Shown: one piece after another, positions 1 through 7,928 of the stretch | Position numbering within the stretch: the first letter of the stretch is position 1 | Layout: the number at the start of each line of letters is the position of its first letter | Source of the DNA: Trichormus sp. ATA11-4-KO1 | GTDB lineage: Bacteria > Cyanobacteriota > Cyanobacteriia > Cyanobacteriales > Nostocaceae | Direction of reading: 5' to 3' | NCBI GenBank assembly: GCA_019358915.1 | Contig: JAHHIM010000003.1 | Span: forward strand, 5,007-29,006 | DNA: 24,000 nucleotides | Notes under the pieces: generated by a model | Databases searched by the model: none | Told to the model about the DNA's origin: nothing | The model's input: the letters and a program-made list of their open reading frames with translations, nothing else | Program-made: the position numbers and the translations under genes

Positions 1-321
1 CGTTCTGCATCGGCTGAACCTTTTTCGCCTCCCACAGTAGAGAACCGCAAAAGCACCGGAGTTTGCTTGCCAATCTCGGAAAACACTTTGGCTTGACTAT
101 AACGAGTAATATCGTGAGTGACTGTGAACGTGCCAAATGCAGCAGCTCCTTTTGCATGGACAACGCGTTCAGGAATCCGTTCCCGGTTAAAGTGAGCTAG
201 CTTCTCCATCAGGTGAAAATCCTGCATTAGCACAGGGCCACGAGCACCTGCTGTTAAAGAGTTCTGGTTATCCGCAACCGGAATCCCATCAGCCGTTGTC
301 AATGTTTTGGGGTCTGCCATA
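1..321 (-). CDS. Monofunctional haem catalase, N-terminal 107 codons; the gene runs off the left edge of the window
   Basis: Absent from the ORF track because it is truncated by the window edge. My reverse-strand translation from the ATG at 321-319 gives [106 protein letters not shown]. It contains the catalase distal-His block [13 protein letters not shown] and the [12 protein letters not shown] block. Confidence 0.9.
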
Positions 322-353
322 TTAGATGATTTCTCCATCAGTTTACTGAGATG

Positions 354-371
354 TTGCAATGGTTGCAATGT
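354..371. repeat. Tandem direct repeat GTTGCAATG x2 in the catalase 5' leader/promoter region; function unknown
   Basis: Read directly: gttgcaatg (354-362) is immediately followed by gttgcaatg (363-371), 33-50 nt upstream of the catalase ATG. Each copy contains the palindromic hexamer TTGCAA. Confidence 0.5.
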
Positions 372-471
372 CTGTTTAGCAACTCATCAACAACGGATTT
401 ATTCATAGTCGTTATGAGTTTGCTCTAATAGCGTAGTCGAAATGACTTTGACATGGTAACCCCTGACAGAG

Positions 472-493
472 ATATTGCAATAAATTGTAATAT
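472..493. promoter_or_regulatory. Imperfect 22-bp palindrome, candidate operator upstream of the catalase gene
   Basis: ATATTGCAAT-aa-ATTGTAATAT has 10-bp arms with one mismatch and is AT-rich like Fur/PerR-type boxes. It shares the TTGCAA core with the tandem repeat at 354-371. No binding data. Confidence 0.25.
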
Positions 494-1022
494 TTAATTC
501 ATTCCTGAAAAGGAACTAGCGGTATCCGTAATTTTCAAGGAGCGTTAAAAAAGATACTATGCTAGCTTATATCTTGCACTCCTGCACTGGAAGTCACGGC
601 TACACAGGAAAGGCCGCCTACCACGTAGTGTGCCGTAGGCATAAGCTACGCTAACGCGTTCGCTCTTTTCTAATCACTCAAATAAAATTTATTTTCTCTA
701 GGTCACTGAATTTTTCTTTACTAAAATTGTGTTAATTTTAACTTTAAAAATGCTTATCTTAGCAGCAAAGTATCTTTAATAATAAATTTTAGTCGTAATT
801 ATACTTAAAAATGACTAGTTTGGTAGCTTTAAGTTTACCAAAAAAATAAAACTTTACGTTTGATAAGGATCAATATGTTACCAGGCGAACTTTCTTAAGT
901 AAGTAATGACGAATGTATATAAAGCAGTTAGAGTTTACAAACAAAGAGATTCGATATAGGTAAAAAGCTGAAGTTAAAAGACACCAGCTTTTCACATAGA
1001 GTTAGAGTTCAGTAATCCACTC

Positions 1023-1057
1023 AAAAAAGCCGTAGTAGTCCAGCTACGGTTTTTTTT
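1023..1057. terminator. Bidirectional rho-independent terminator in an ORF-free region
   Basis: The stem is CCGTAG (1030-1035) paired with CTACGG (1044-1049). It is preceded by A6 (1023-1028) and followed by T8 (1050-1057), so a hairpin plus U-tract is present on both strands. No annotated ORF ends here. Confidence 0.6.
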
Positions 1058-1118
1058 GTGAGAAATTTTCCATAATTTAGGGAATAATAAATTTATAAAT
1101 CATGATTGATGTCCTTTC

Positions 1119-1153
1119 CTCCAGGCTTGATCAACAGGCTCTGGAGTTTTTTT
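1119..1153 (+). terminator. Rho-independent terminator (plus strand only)
   Basis: CTCCAGGC (1119-1126) pairs with GC(t)CTGGAG (1138-1146), giving 8 bp with a one-nt bulge and an 11-nt loop. A T7 run follows at 1147-1153. No A-run lies upstream, so it is unidirectional. Confidence 0.5.
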
Positions 1154-1331
1154 ATGAGTAAATATAAAAAATGGTAATTGTAGCTTGAAAATAGGTTTTT
1201 CTAAATATAATTACATACTACTAGGATACGGCTAAGTATCGCTAATCAAGAAGATTTTAGTGATTTCACCGCGCCAAAAATTACCTTTATCCGAATAAGA
1301 ATAGTATATAGTTTCTCATTTTTTAATCGTT

Positions 1332-1724
1332 ATGTTCTTAAAAATAATTGGTGGGTTAATAACTGTGATAACACTGGCATTTAGTAGTACAGCGATCGCT
1401 GAAACAATTGGCAACAATGCTTTCTTTCATATTCAAGTAGGTTCTGATAGTAATGGCAATCCGATTCTACTTGATTTGTCATCTGTTAAAGGAACCGAAT
1501 ATATCATTTCTCAGAAGCATGGTGATGGTATGGCAAAAACTACTCTTAAGGCTGCTTGTAGTCAAGGTAGGTTATTTTCTAAAAGATTTTCTCTTTATAC
1601 TTCAACAGGTCAGTTAACCAGTGATGATAAAACTGAGCGAGAAATTTTTCCTCAACTGGGAACTGCTGACGCTACATCTATGGAAATTGTTTGCCGCGCA
1701 GCAGACACTCGTGGTAGTCAGTGA
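1332..1724 (+). CDS. Small secreted/periplasmic hypothetical protein (130 aa)
   Basis: ORF-track entry with an ATG start. It has an N-terminal signal peptide MFLKIIGGLITVITLAFSSTAIA|ET (AxA cleavage site) and two Cys in the mature part. A strong hairpin follows at 1758-1790. I recognise no family. Confidence 0.6.
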   Translation: MFLKIIGGLITVITLAFSSTAIAETIGNNAFFHIQVGSDSNGNPILLDLSSVKGTEYIISQKHGDGMAKTTLKAACSQGRLFSKRFSLYTSTGQLTSDDKTEREIFPQLGTADATSMEIVCRAADTRGSQ

Positions 1725-1757
1725 TATGTGCACTTGTAAAAACGCTTCATTGTGAAC

Positions 1758-1790
1758 AACCCCTAGTTTCGCGCAGCGAAACTAGGGGTT
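1758..1790. terminator. Strong stem-loop between convergent genes (likely shared terminator)
   Basis: AACCCCTAGTTTCGC (1758-1772) and GCGAAACTAGGGGTT (1776-1790) form a perfect 15-bp stem with a 3-nt loop. It lies 34 nt after the stop of 1332-1724 and 78 nt after the stop of the minus-strand transporter. The U-tract is short (TTT). Confidence 0.55.
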
Positions 1791-1867
1791 TCTGTACTTA
1801 CAGGCGAGTACCGCAACTTAAACCTTTGTCCGAGTTTTGGTCTTACCTCCCCTCCTACAGCACAGTC

Positions 1868-3307
1868 CTACTTTTCCTGACGTGCTTTTAGTTTCAGCAT
1901 AATTTCTGCGTGCATTTCGCGAGTAATTGGGTAAAAATATGTGAGAAATAAGCCACAAATTAAGAAAAATGTCGGGAGAGGGCCAACAGCGAGACGAATG
2001 GCTAATAGCGCCGATTCTGGTTGAATGGGTGTAGGTTGTCCTGGTACAGTTGCTTGGAAACCTGCTGCTTGTAAGGCATTGCCCACTAAAAATAACCCCA
2101 AAGCTAAACCAATTTTTTGCAGTAAAACCATGAAGCCGTAAAAAATTCCTTCTCGGCGTTGTCCGGTTTGCAGTTCATCTAATTCAATCACGTCTGGAAT
2201 CAGCGACCAAGGAACTAGATAAGCAGTGGACACGCCAAAACCTGCCATGACAGCCATCAGATACATGACACCTATTTGACCAGGTTGTAAGAAAAATAGA
2301 CCCCCGGCTGCCATAATCCATAAACTCATTCCCAAAAAATAAACCAGTCTTTTACCAATTTTTTTGCTCAAAGCACTCCAAACAAATAGCATCAACAAGG
2401 CGGTGCCTTGAACTGCAATCATGACAGATGGTACATCTGAGTCACGCAGGCGCATATAGTTAACTACAAAATAGGGAATAATGCTGGCTGTTACCTGCAC
2501 CCCTAACCAAGAAAAAAGATATATACCAATAACAAATAGAAAAGGCCGATTACTGAAAACGATTTTTAGTTGCTCAAAGAAAGGAATAGATGGAGGTTCC
2601 TCGGCTTGGGTGCGTTTTGCTTCAAAAGCCAACACGCGATCGCGGACTCCAAATATGCACGTATACAATGCCAAAACCGAAATTATTGCACAAATTGCCG
2701 CTAAAACTAGATATTGTTGCTGGCGATCGCCGATGATAGAAAAAATAATTTGTGCCAAAATCAGCGATAAAATGCTGCCACCAATAGAAAAAGCAAAGCG
2801 AAAGCTATTTAGGGTAGTGCGTTCGTCGTAATCTTGAGTGAGTTCTGGTGTCATTGCCGTATAAGGCAAACTGACAACGGTGTAAAACACCTGAGACAAT
2901 AACCCAATCACTACGTAATACCAAAACAATGGCCAAACATTACTACTCTGATCACTACTGAATTGCGGTACAATCCACTGCAAGAAAAAGATAATACCAA
3001 AGGGAATTGCCCCATAAAACATCCAAGGCAAACGACGTCCCCAGCGACGAGATTTCGTTCTATCTGATAACACCCCGATAATTGGATCGTTGATGGCATC
3101 CCAGATTTTACCAATCATTAAAACACTGCCGGCTAAACCCGCCGGAATCCCAGCAACATTAGTAAAGAAAACTAGCAGAAAAAAAATCGAAATATTGGCA
3201 GTAATCGCTGGGCCTAAATCTCCTGCACCATAAGCCAGCTTGGTTTTAAAATCCAGTTTTTGACTGTCAGGAGTATTTTGGGCAAAGTCATCAGCAGAAT
3301 CGGTCAT
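1868..3307 (-). CDS. Glycoside-pentoside-hexuronide (GPH/MelB-type) cation symporter, MFS superfamily
   Basis: 479-aa ORF with about 12 hydrophobic segments. The N-terminal block KLAYGAGDLGPAI...GKIWDAINDPIIGVLSDRTKSRRWGRRLPWM is the characteristic GPH-family signature (DxxxDPxxGxxSDR). Confidence 0.85.
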   Translation of the reverse strand: MTDSADDFAQNTPDSQKLDFKTKLAYGAGDLGPAITANISIFFLLVFFTNVAGIPAGLAGSVLMIGKIWDAINDPIIGVLSDRTKSRRWGRRLPWMFYGAIPFGIIFFLQWIVPQFSSDQSSNVWPLFWYYVVIGLLSQVFYTVVSLPYTAMTPELTQDYDERTTLNSFRFAFSIGGSILSLILAQIIFSIIGDRQQQYLVLAAICAIISVLALYTCIFGVRDRVLAFEAKRTQAEEPPSIPFFEQLKIVFSNRPFLFVIGIYLFSWLGVQVTASIIPYFVVNYMRLRDSDVPSVMIAVQGTALLMLFVWSALSKKIGKRLVYFLGMSLWIMAAGGLFFLQPGQIGVMYLMAVMAGFGVSTAYLVPWSLIPDVIELDELQTGQRREGIFYGFMVLLQKIGLALGLFLVGNALQAAGFQATVPGQPTPIQPESALLAIRLAVGPLPTFFLICGLFLTYFYPITREMHAEIMLKLKARQEK

Positions 3308-3378
3308 AATAGCTTGCGCTCATATTAAAATAAAAAGTTTGCAGTTGACTTCAGTATCACCTAGAAATCATATTTCTT

Positions 3379-3897
3379 ATGCCAGACCTTTACGTTTCTT
3401 GGTCGGATTATCACCAAAAAATTGAATACCTGGCTGCTCAAATTTATCAGTCAAGCTGGGAATTCAACCAGATTGTCTGTCTTGCCAGAGGGGGACTGCG
3501 AGTAGGAGATATTCTCTCCCGTATATACCAGCAGCCGTTGGCAATTTTAGCAACATCATCTTACAGTGGTCCTGGTAAGCAAGAAAGAGGCAATTTAACT
3601 TTTTCGCGCCATTTAACAATGACAACCGAAAGGTTAGGTGCGCGCATTCTGCTAGTAGATGACTTGGTAGACTCTGGAATTACACTCCAGCAAACTATAC
3701 CTTGGCTAAAACAAAACAGTAATGTTCCCATTGAAGAAATTCGCACAGCCGTACTTTGGTATAAAGCTTGTTCGGTGATAGTACCAGATTATTATGTCGA
3801 TTATCTGCCCGATAATCCTTGGATTCATCAACCTTTTGAACACTATGAGCAGATGAACCCGGCAGAATTAACTGCAAAGATAAGTCAGCCATGCTGA
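3379..3897 (+). CDS. Purine phosphoribosyltransferase, xanthine-guanine PRT (Gpt)-like
   Basis: 172 aa. It aligns by eye along its length with E. coli Gpt: VSWSDYHQKIEYLAAQI, IVCLARGGLRVGDILSR, SSYS, the PRPP loop ILLVDDLVDSGITL, and the C-terminal DYYVDYLPDNPWIHQPFE. Confidence 0.85.
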   Translation: MPDLYVSWSDYHQKIEYLAAQIYQSSWEFNQIVCLARGGLRVGDILSRIYQQPLAILATSSYSGPGKQERGNLTFSRHLTMTTERLGARILLVDDLVDSGITLQQTIPWLKQNSNVPIEEIRTAVLWYKACSVIVPDYYVDYLPDNPWIHQPFEHYEQMNPAELTAKISQPC

Positions 3898-3949
3898 TAA
3901 ATTACCTAGACAAAGTTAATTTCACACTCACTACATAATAAATTCAAAA

Positions 3950-4867
3950 TCAAAATATCCACAGCCAAACTGGAAGGGTAACCAGTAGTACCACACATCC
4001 AACGGCTAAGGAGGTAACCGCGAGGTCGCGATCAAGATTAAAGGTTTCGGCTATTACTAGTGTGGCAAATGCTGGTGGCATTGCCATTTGTAACACAATC
4101 ACCTGGGCTGGTTCCCCGGTCACACCCAAAAGTGGTAGTGTGCTACCAACAACTAAAGGAACTAGCAGCATTTTGATTGCTAAGCTGATCCCTGCCTCTG
4201 GTAGTCTGTGCCAAGAATTCATCTGAGAAAGCCGCATCCCAATTAATACTAGAGATAAAGCAACGACACTCCAACCTAATTTTTCCAGGCTCAATTCTCC
4301 GAAGGTGGAAAGTTTCACCTGCCGAAATAGTAAGCCCAAGCCAAAACTCCACAGGGCAGGATTAATGAAGATGGCCTTTGTAACGTGCCAATAATTACTA
4401 GTATTACCACTGTAATGAGATGCTAATGCTACACCTAAGCCATAAGCGCCGAAGACTGACCCTAACAAGTCGTAGAATAAAGCCCAAGCAAAATATTCTT
4501 GTCCTACCATTGCCAAAGTGATGGGAAAGCCCAGATAACCTGTGTTACCCAACATTGCCGCCAAAATAAAACTACCTTGCGTTGCTTCTTGAGGAGTGGT
4601 ATTTGTGAAATAAGTTTGCCCTTTAATTCCTAACCAAGCTAAACATGCCCCTAGAAAGATGGCTAAATAGGCGATCGCCGGGGCAATCCAAATTTGACTG
4701 GACAAATCAGTTTGACGTAAAAAAGCTACAATACTTATAGGTACTCCCACCCAAAATAAAAATTGTCCTATACGTATAGGAACTGTGTCAGATAATTTAC
4801 GTCCCAGAATAAAACCTACCAGGACTAATCCTACAAGTTTGACGTATAGTTCTAGGAGGTTATCCAA
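3950..4867 (-). CDS. AEC-family (auxin efflux carrier / Mem_trans) membrane transporter
   Basis: 305 aa and almost entirely hydrophobic, with about 10 segments in two halves. This size and composition are typical of AEC permeases. The track start is TTG (4867-4865) with no obvious SD, so the exact start is uncertain. Confidence 0.75.
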   Translation of the reverse strand: MDNLLELYVKLVGLVLVGFILGRKLSDTVPIRIGQFLFWVGVPISIVAFLRQTDLSSQIWIAPAIAYLAIFLGACLAWLGIKGQTYFTNTTPQEATQGSFILAAMLGNTGYLGFPITLAMVGQEYFAWALFYDLLGSVFGAYGLGVALASHYSGNTSNYWHVTKAIFINPALWSFGLGLLFRQVKLSTFGELSLEKLGWSVVALSLVLIGMRLSQMNSWHRLPEAGISLAIKMLLVPLVVGSTLPLLGVTGEPAQVIVLQMAMPPAFATLVIAETFNLDRDLAVTSLAVGCVVLLVTLPVWLWIF

Positions 4868-4969
4868 GATTGCGCCTAGGAATTACAGATGTAAAATAAT
4901 ACCCAAGAAGTTTATTTCTGTCCAGTCTACAATCTCAAATGAATCTTGAACATAAGCAGGAGTTGATCC

Positions 4970-5803
4970 TTGAATAAAGCCGGGTTTTCTGGACAATCGC
5001 CAAATTTATCAGGTGCCTCTAGTGAAGATATTCCAGTTGCTTTACGCGATATTCCTGATGCCACACCCAAGCTACCTTTGCGAACCCTATTTTTACTAGT
5101 TGGGGGAGTAGGGGGATTTATCCTGCTAGTTTTAATTACGGGTTTTTTGTTTTTCGTCACAGCACCTAAAAATACCGTTGATTCTTCATCTGCATCGCCA
5201 AGTTCTACAACTGCACCAAATACAGAATCTAGTAATTCTGTCAATATCCCAGAGAATAACAGCAATGCTTTATTGGGACATTTGACATACCCAGAAGCAC
5301 CAGAGTCAGAACTAGTAGCAATTACGGCAGATGGGCGGATGAGAATGCGAAAAGCAGCCGCACAAAGGTATCAGGCGATGGCACAAGCAGCGCGGAGTGC
5401 AGGTGTAATTTTAGTGCCAATTTCTGGTTTTCGTTCGGTGAAGGAGCAGGAGCAGTTATTTTTCGGTATTAGTGCTAGGCGCAATCAAACCCCAGCAGAA
5501 CGAGCGGCTGTCAGTGCGCCGCCTGGGCATAGTGAACATCACACAGGTTACGCGGTGGATATCGGAGATGGTGCAGTACCAGCAACTAATCTCCAAACTA
5601 ACTTTGAAAATACCAAAGCTTATAAGTGGCTAGAAGCAAATGCTGCCCGTTTTGGCTTTGAACTTTCTTTTCCCAAAGATAATCCCCAAGGTGTGAGTTA
5701 TGAACCTTGGCACTGGCGTTTTGTCGGCGATCGCCATAGTTTGGAGTTATTCTACAAAGCTAAAAATTTGCCCCCATCTTCTACATCCCAATCAACACCT
5801 TGA
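4970..5803 (+). CDS. D-alanyl-D-alanine carboxypeptidase, VanY/peptidase M15B family, N-terminally membrane anchored
   Basis: Carries the LAS/M15 zinc motifs SGFRSVKEQ, HSEHHTGYAVDI (HxxxxxxD) and EPWHWRF. There is a single TM anchor LFLLVGGVGGFILLVLITGFLFFV followed by a Ser/Thr-rich linker. The TTG start at 4970 is preceded by AGGAG (4958-4962) at 7-nt spacing. Confidence 0.85.
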   Translation: MNKAGFSGQSPNLSGASSEDIPVALRDIPDATPKLPLRTLFLLVGGVGGFILLVLITGFLFFVTAPKNTVDSSSASPSSTTAPNTESSNSVNIPENNSNALLGHLTYPEAPESELVAITADGRMRMRKAAAQRYQAMAQAARSAGVILVPISGFRSVKEQEQLFFGISARRNQTPAERAAVSAPPGHSEHHTGYAVDIGDGAVPATNLQTNFENTKAYKWLEANAARFGFELSFPKDNPQGVSYEPWHWRFVGDRHSLELFYKAKNLPPSSTSQSTP

Positions 5804-5852
5804 TCATGTTGCTCTGAGTTTTCCAATACTTGGATTAAATTCTACCAAGTAA

Positions 5853-6473
5853 TTATTGACATACAGAAGAACCAAACTCAGTTGGTTGATACTGCAACTG
5901 CCTAGTTTTGGCAGCCGCGATCAAAGCAGGTAATGTGAATACATAGTCTCGCTCTCGCACCTTTGTATGGCAACCAATGCAAGAGCCTTGATTATCAGAA
6001 ACCAAAGAACCAGATGGGCTGTACCAAGCAGATTGCCATTCACCACTATGGGGATCAATGTTCCATCCATTGCGTTTCTCTCGAATGAAAATATTATTTA
6101 GCTGAGTCGGAGTTAAATTACCCTGATCACTCTGATTAGCTGAATAAGTTTCCATCACAATCACTGTATTACTGGGAACTACTTCACTTGTTGCAACCAC
6201 ATCCAAGGAATCATGGTTCACATACATTTGTCTCACAATTCGGCTGTTAGGACAGTCTACCGTAGCATAGTGCATAAACTTTTGTTGATAGTTAACTGGA
6301 AATTGCACAGGTGAAGTAATGGCTACAGCAAAATTGCCCTGAGTATATCCATTGCCTGAAAGTCGGTAAGGGAAAAAAGAAATGAGATGCGCTAGTACGA
6401 TCGCAACCGCAATTGAGCTGATAAATAATATGAGCAATAAAAACCATTTGTGCTGTTTCATTTTCCTCTTCAT
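5853..6473 (-). CDS. Cytochrome P460 / cytochrome c'-beta family mono-haem protein, exported
   Basis: 206 aa with an N-terminal signal/anchor KWFLLLILFISSIAVAIVLA. It has a single C-terminal haem-c motif C165-I-G-C-H169 (nt 5967-5981) followed by DYVFT. The blocks PVNYQQKF, IVRQMYVN and NTVIVMETY align by eye with Nitrosomonas cytochrome P460 (PKNYREW, EIRTVYVD, DGTVTVKEL, CAACH..DMVFTQ). The start lies 3 nt after the upstream gene's stop. Confidence 0.7.
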   Translation of the reverse strand: MKRKMKQHKWFLLLILFISSIAVAIVLAHLISFFPYRLSGNGYTQGNFAVAITSPVQFPVNYQQKFMHYATVDCPNSRIVRQMYVNHDSLDVVATSEVVPSNTVIVMETYSANQSDQGNLTPTQLNNIFIREKRNGWNIDPHSGEWQSAWYSPSGSLVSDNQGSCIGCHTKVRERDYVFTLPALIAAAKTRQLQYQPTEFGSSVCQ

Positions 6474-6476
6474 CCC

Positions 6477-7820
6477 CTATGGAACTAACACCATTGAATG
6501 TGCCCCCCGTGTAACTGTGATTGAGTAACGTGTCTGAACCAGTTGCGGTTGAGGGTTGAGTGGATCAGTTGCAATTCGCCAAAAATCGATAGAACTTCCT
6601 GGCATTCGGTCATCAAAATTGTCAAAACTAACTACAGCAAGATATTGGCTGGAGGCATCAAAAGCCGCAGCCTCTGGCAAAATTCCATCAAAAGCGTAGT
6701 CGGCAACATGATTTAATTGCCCCATTTGCGGATCTAATGTGAAAAAACTCAATGATGAGAACCAAGTAATGCGATCGTCATCGTAGGGCAAATAGCTCCG
6801 CTCTAAATTAGTTGTGACTACATATTTCCCATTCGGGCTAACAGCTAATCCTTCAGGACTTACTCCTGTCATAGCTCGCGAAACCAGGGCATGGCGAGGA
6901 GAACCATCCGCCTGAGTTCCTGCTTCTAAGCGAATGCTGACAACACTACCACGAGGAGCTTCAGACCACGTTCCTTCGACATCTGCTCCCCAATAAAGAT
7001 TGTTCACAATGACATGGCGACCATCTGGGGTAAATCGAGCCATGTAAGGAGCCTTCTCAATTTGCACGATATTTCCCCAAGGTTCCAGCGTCAGGTTAGC
7101 ACCTTGACGCATCACTTTAGTAAATGACACTGCCGCAGTAGTTTCATTCACAAGTGCTAGCACATCTTGAGTTGGGTGCCATTCTGCATGGATCAGCCGT
7201 TGTTCTAAAGGTAAGCTAGGCACTGAAGGATAAATGGGTTGTCCGAGTCGCCCTTCAGTGAAGGGAATCAGTGCTAAAGGAGTTGTTTTACCAGCACCTT
7301 CTGGATCAAAAGTGACTGCTACCAGAGAGCCATCTGCATTCACACTGACAGAGCCAGGGCGCTCTGCAATTTCCATATCTTGAACCAGTGTGGGTTTTGT
7401 AGGGTCTGCTAGGTCAAACACTTGAATGCGATTTCCATGCCGTAAATCAGCAAAGGTTTGTTTTTGCCAATTACCTTCGGGACGTTGTGTCAAGGTTTCA
7501 ACAACAAATGCGTAACGACCATCAGGCGTTACATCAACGACAACAGGTGGCCCTGCCACAGAATTACTGGCCTCAGTTTCATAAACTTTCAGGTCTCTTA
7601 CATGACCTCCAAGAGGAATGACGCTCAGTGCATCTCGCCCTTCAGGGGGTCCAAGTCTGCCATCTACATATGCTGATGCCAGCATATCGGCATCTGAAAC
7701 AGAGATGAAATAGCGTCCTTGAAAATCAAATGGTGCTGCACGGTCTAGCTTCTGGGCTATAACTATTCCAGGCATTGCTGTCAATGTTACCAGTCCCAGA
7801 GCAAGCAGTCGTCGATACAT
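6477..7820 (-). CDS. Secreted beta-propeller repeat protein (lactonase/YVTN-like fold)
   Basis: 447 aa with signal peptide MYRRLLALGLVTLTAMPGIVIAQ. It has recurring blade-like units of [ST]PDG/NG followed by a hydrophobic strand: VTPDGRYAFVVET, VNADGSLVAVTF, FTPDGRHVIVNNL, VSPNGKYVVTTNL, FDASSQYLAVVSF. The fold assignment is by pattern only. Confidence 0.65.
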   Translation of the reverse strand: MYRRLLALGLVTLTAMPGIVIAQKLDRAAPFDFQGRYFISVSDADMLASAYVDGRLGPPEGRDALSVIPLGGHVRDLKVYETEASNSVAGPPVVVDVTPDGRYAFVVETLTQRPEGNWQKQTFADLRHGNRIQVFDLADPTKPTLVQDMEIAERPGSVSVNADGSLVAVTFDPEGAGKTTPLALIPFTEGRLGQPIYPSVPSLPLEQRLIHAEWHPTQDVLALVNETTAAVSFTKVMRQGANLTLEPWGNIVQIEKAPYMARFTPDGRHVIVNNLYWGADVEGTWSEAPRGSVVSIRLEAGTQADGSPRHALVSRAMTGVSPEGLAVSPNGKYVVTTNLERSYLPYDDDRITWFSSLSFFTLDPQMGQLNHVADYAFDGILPEAAAFDASSQYLAVVSFDNFDDRMPGSSIDFWRIATDPLNPQPQLVQTRYSITVTRGAHSMVLVP

Positions 7821-7832
7821 TATTTTCTATTA

Positions 7833-7862
7833 AGTATAGTAAAACACTCGTTTTACTATACT
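7833..7862. promoter_or_regulatory. Perfect 30-bp palindrome, probable TetR operator in the divergent promoter region
   Basis: AGTATAGTAAAAC (7833-7845), spacer actc, GTTTTACTATACT (7850-7862): 13-bp arms that are perfect reverse complements. It sits 13 nt upstream of the propeller ATG (7820) and 67 nt upstream of the tetR ATG (7929). Confidence 0.6.
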
Positions 7863-7928
7863 GTATCTTCGTCAACGATGGGGAGTATGATAAGGGAGGT
7901 ATAAGCAAAATAAAACTATCGTTTCACT

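Noticed and set aside
559-1161. Mini-ORFs in the 1-kb gap: a 31-aa ORF (559-654, MLAYILHSCTGSHGYTGKAAYHVVCRRHKLR) and a 19-aa ORF (1102-1161, MIDVLSSRLDQQALEFFYE)
   Set aside because: The AAGGAG upstream of the first is 17 nt from its ATG, which is too far. The second would be cut by the terminator T-run at 1147-1153 before its stop codon. There is no supporting motif, and they cannot be distinguished from chance ORFs.
4927-5265. 112-aa minus-strand ORF overlapping the 5' third of the VanY-like gene
   Set aside because: It is antisense to a gene with a good SD and TTG start and clear M15 motifs downstream. Its sequence is Pro/Ser/Gly-rich, mirroring the Ser/Thr-rich linker of the real gene, and it has no motif.
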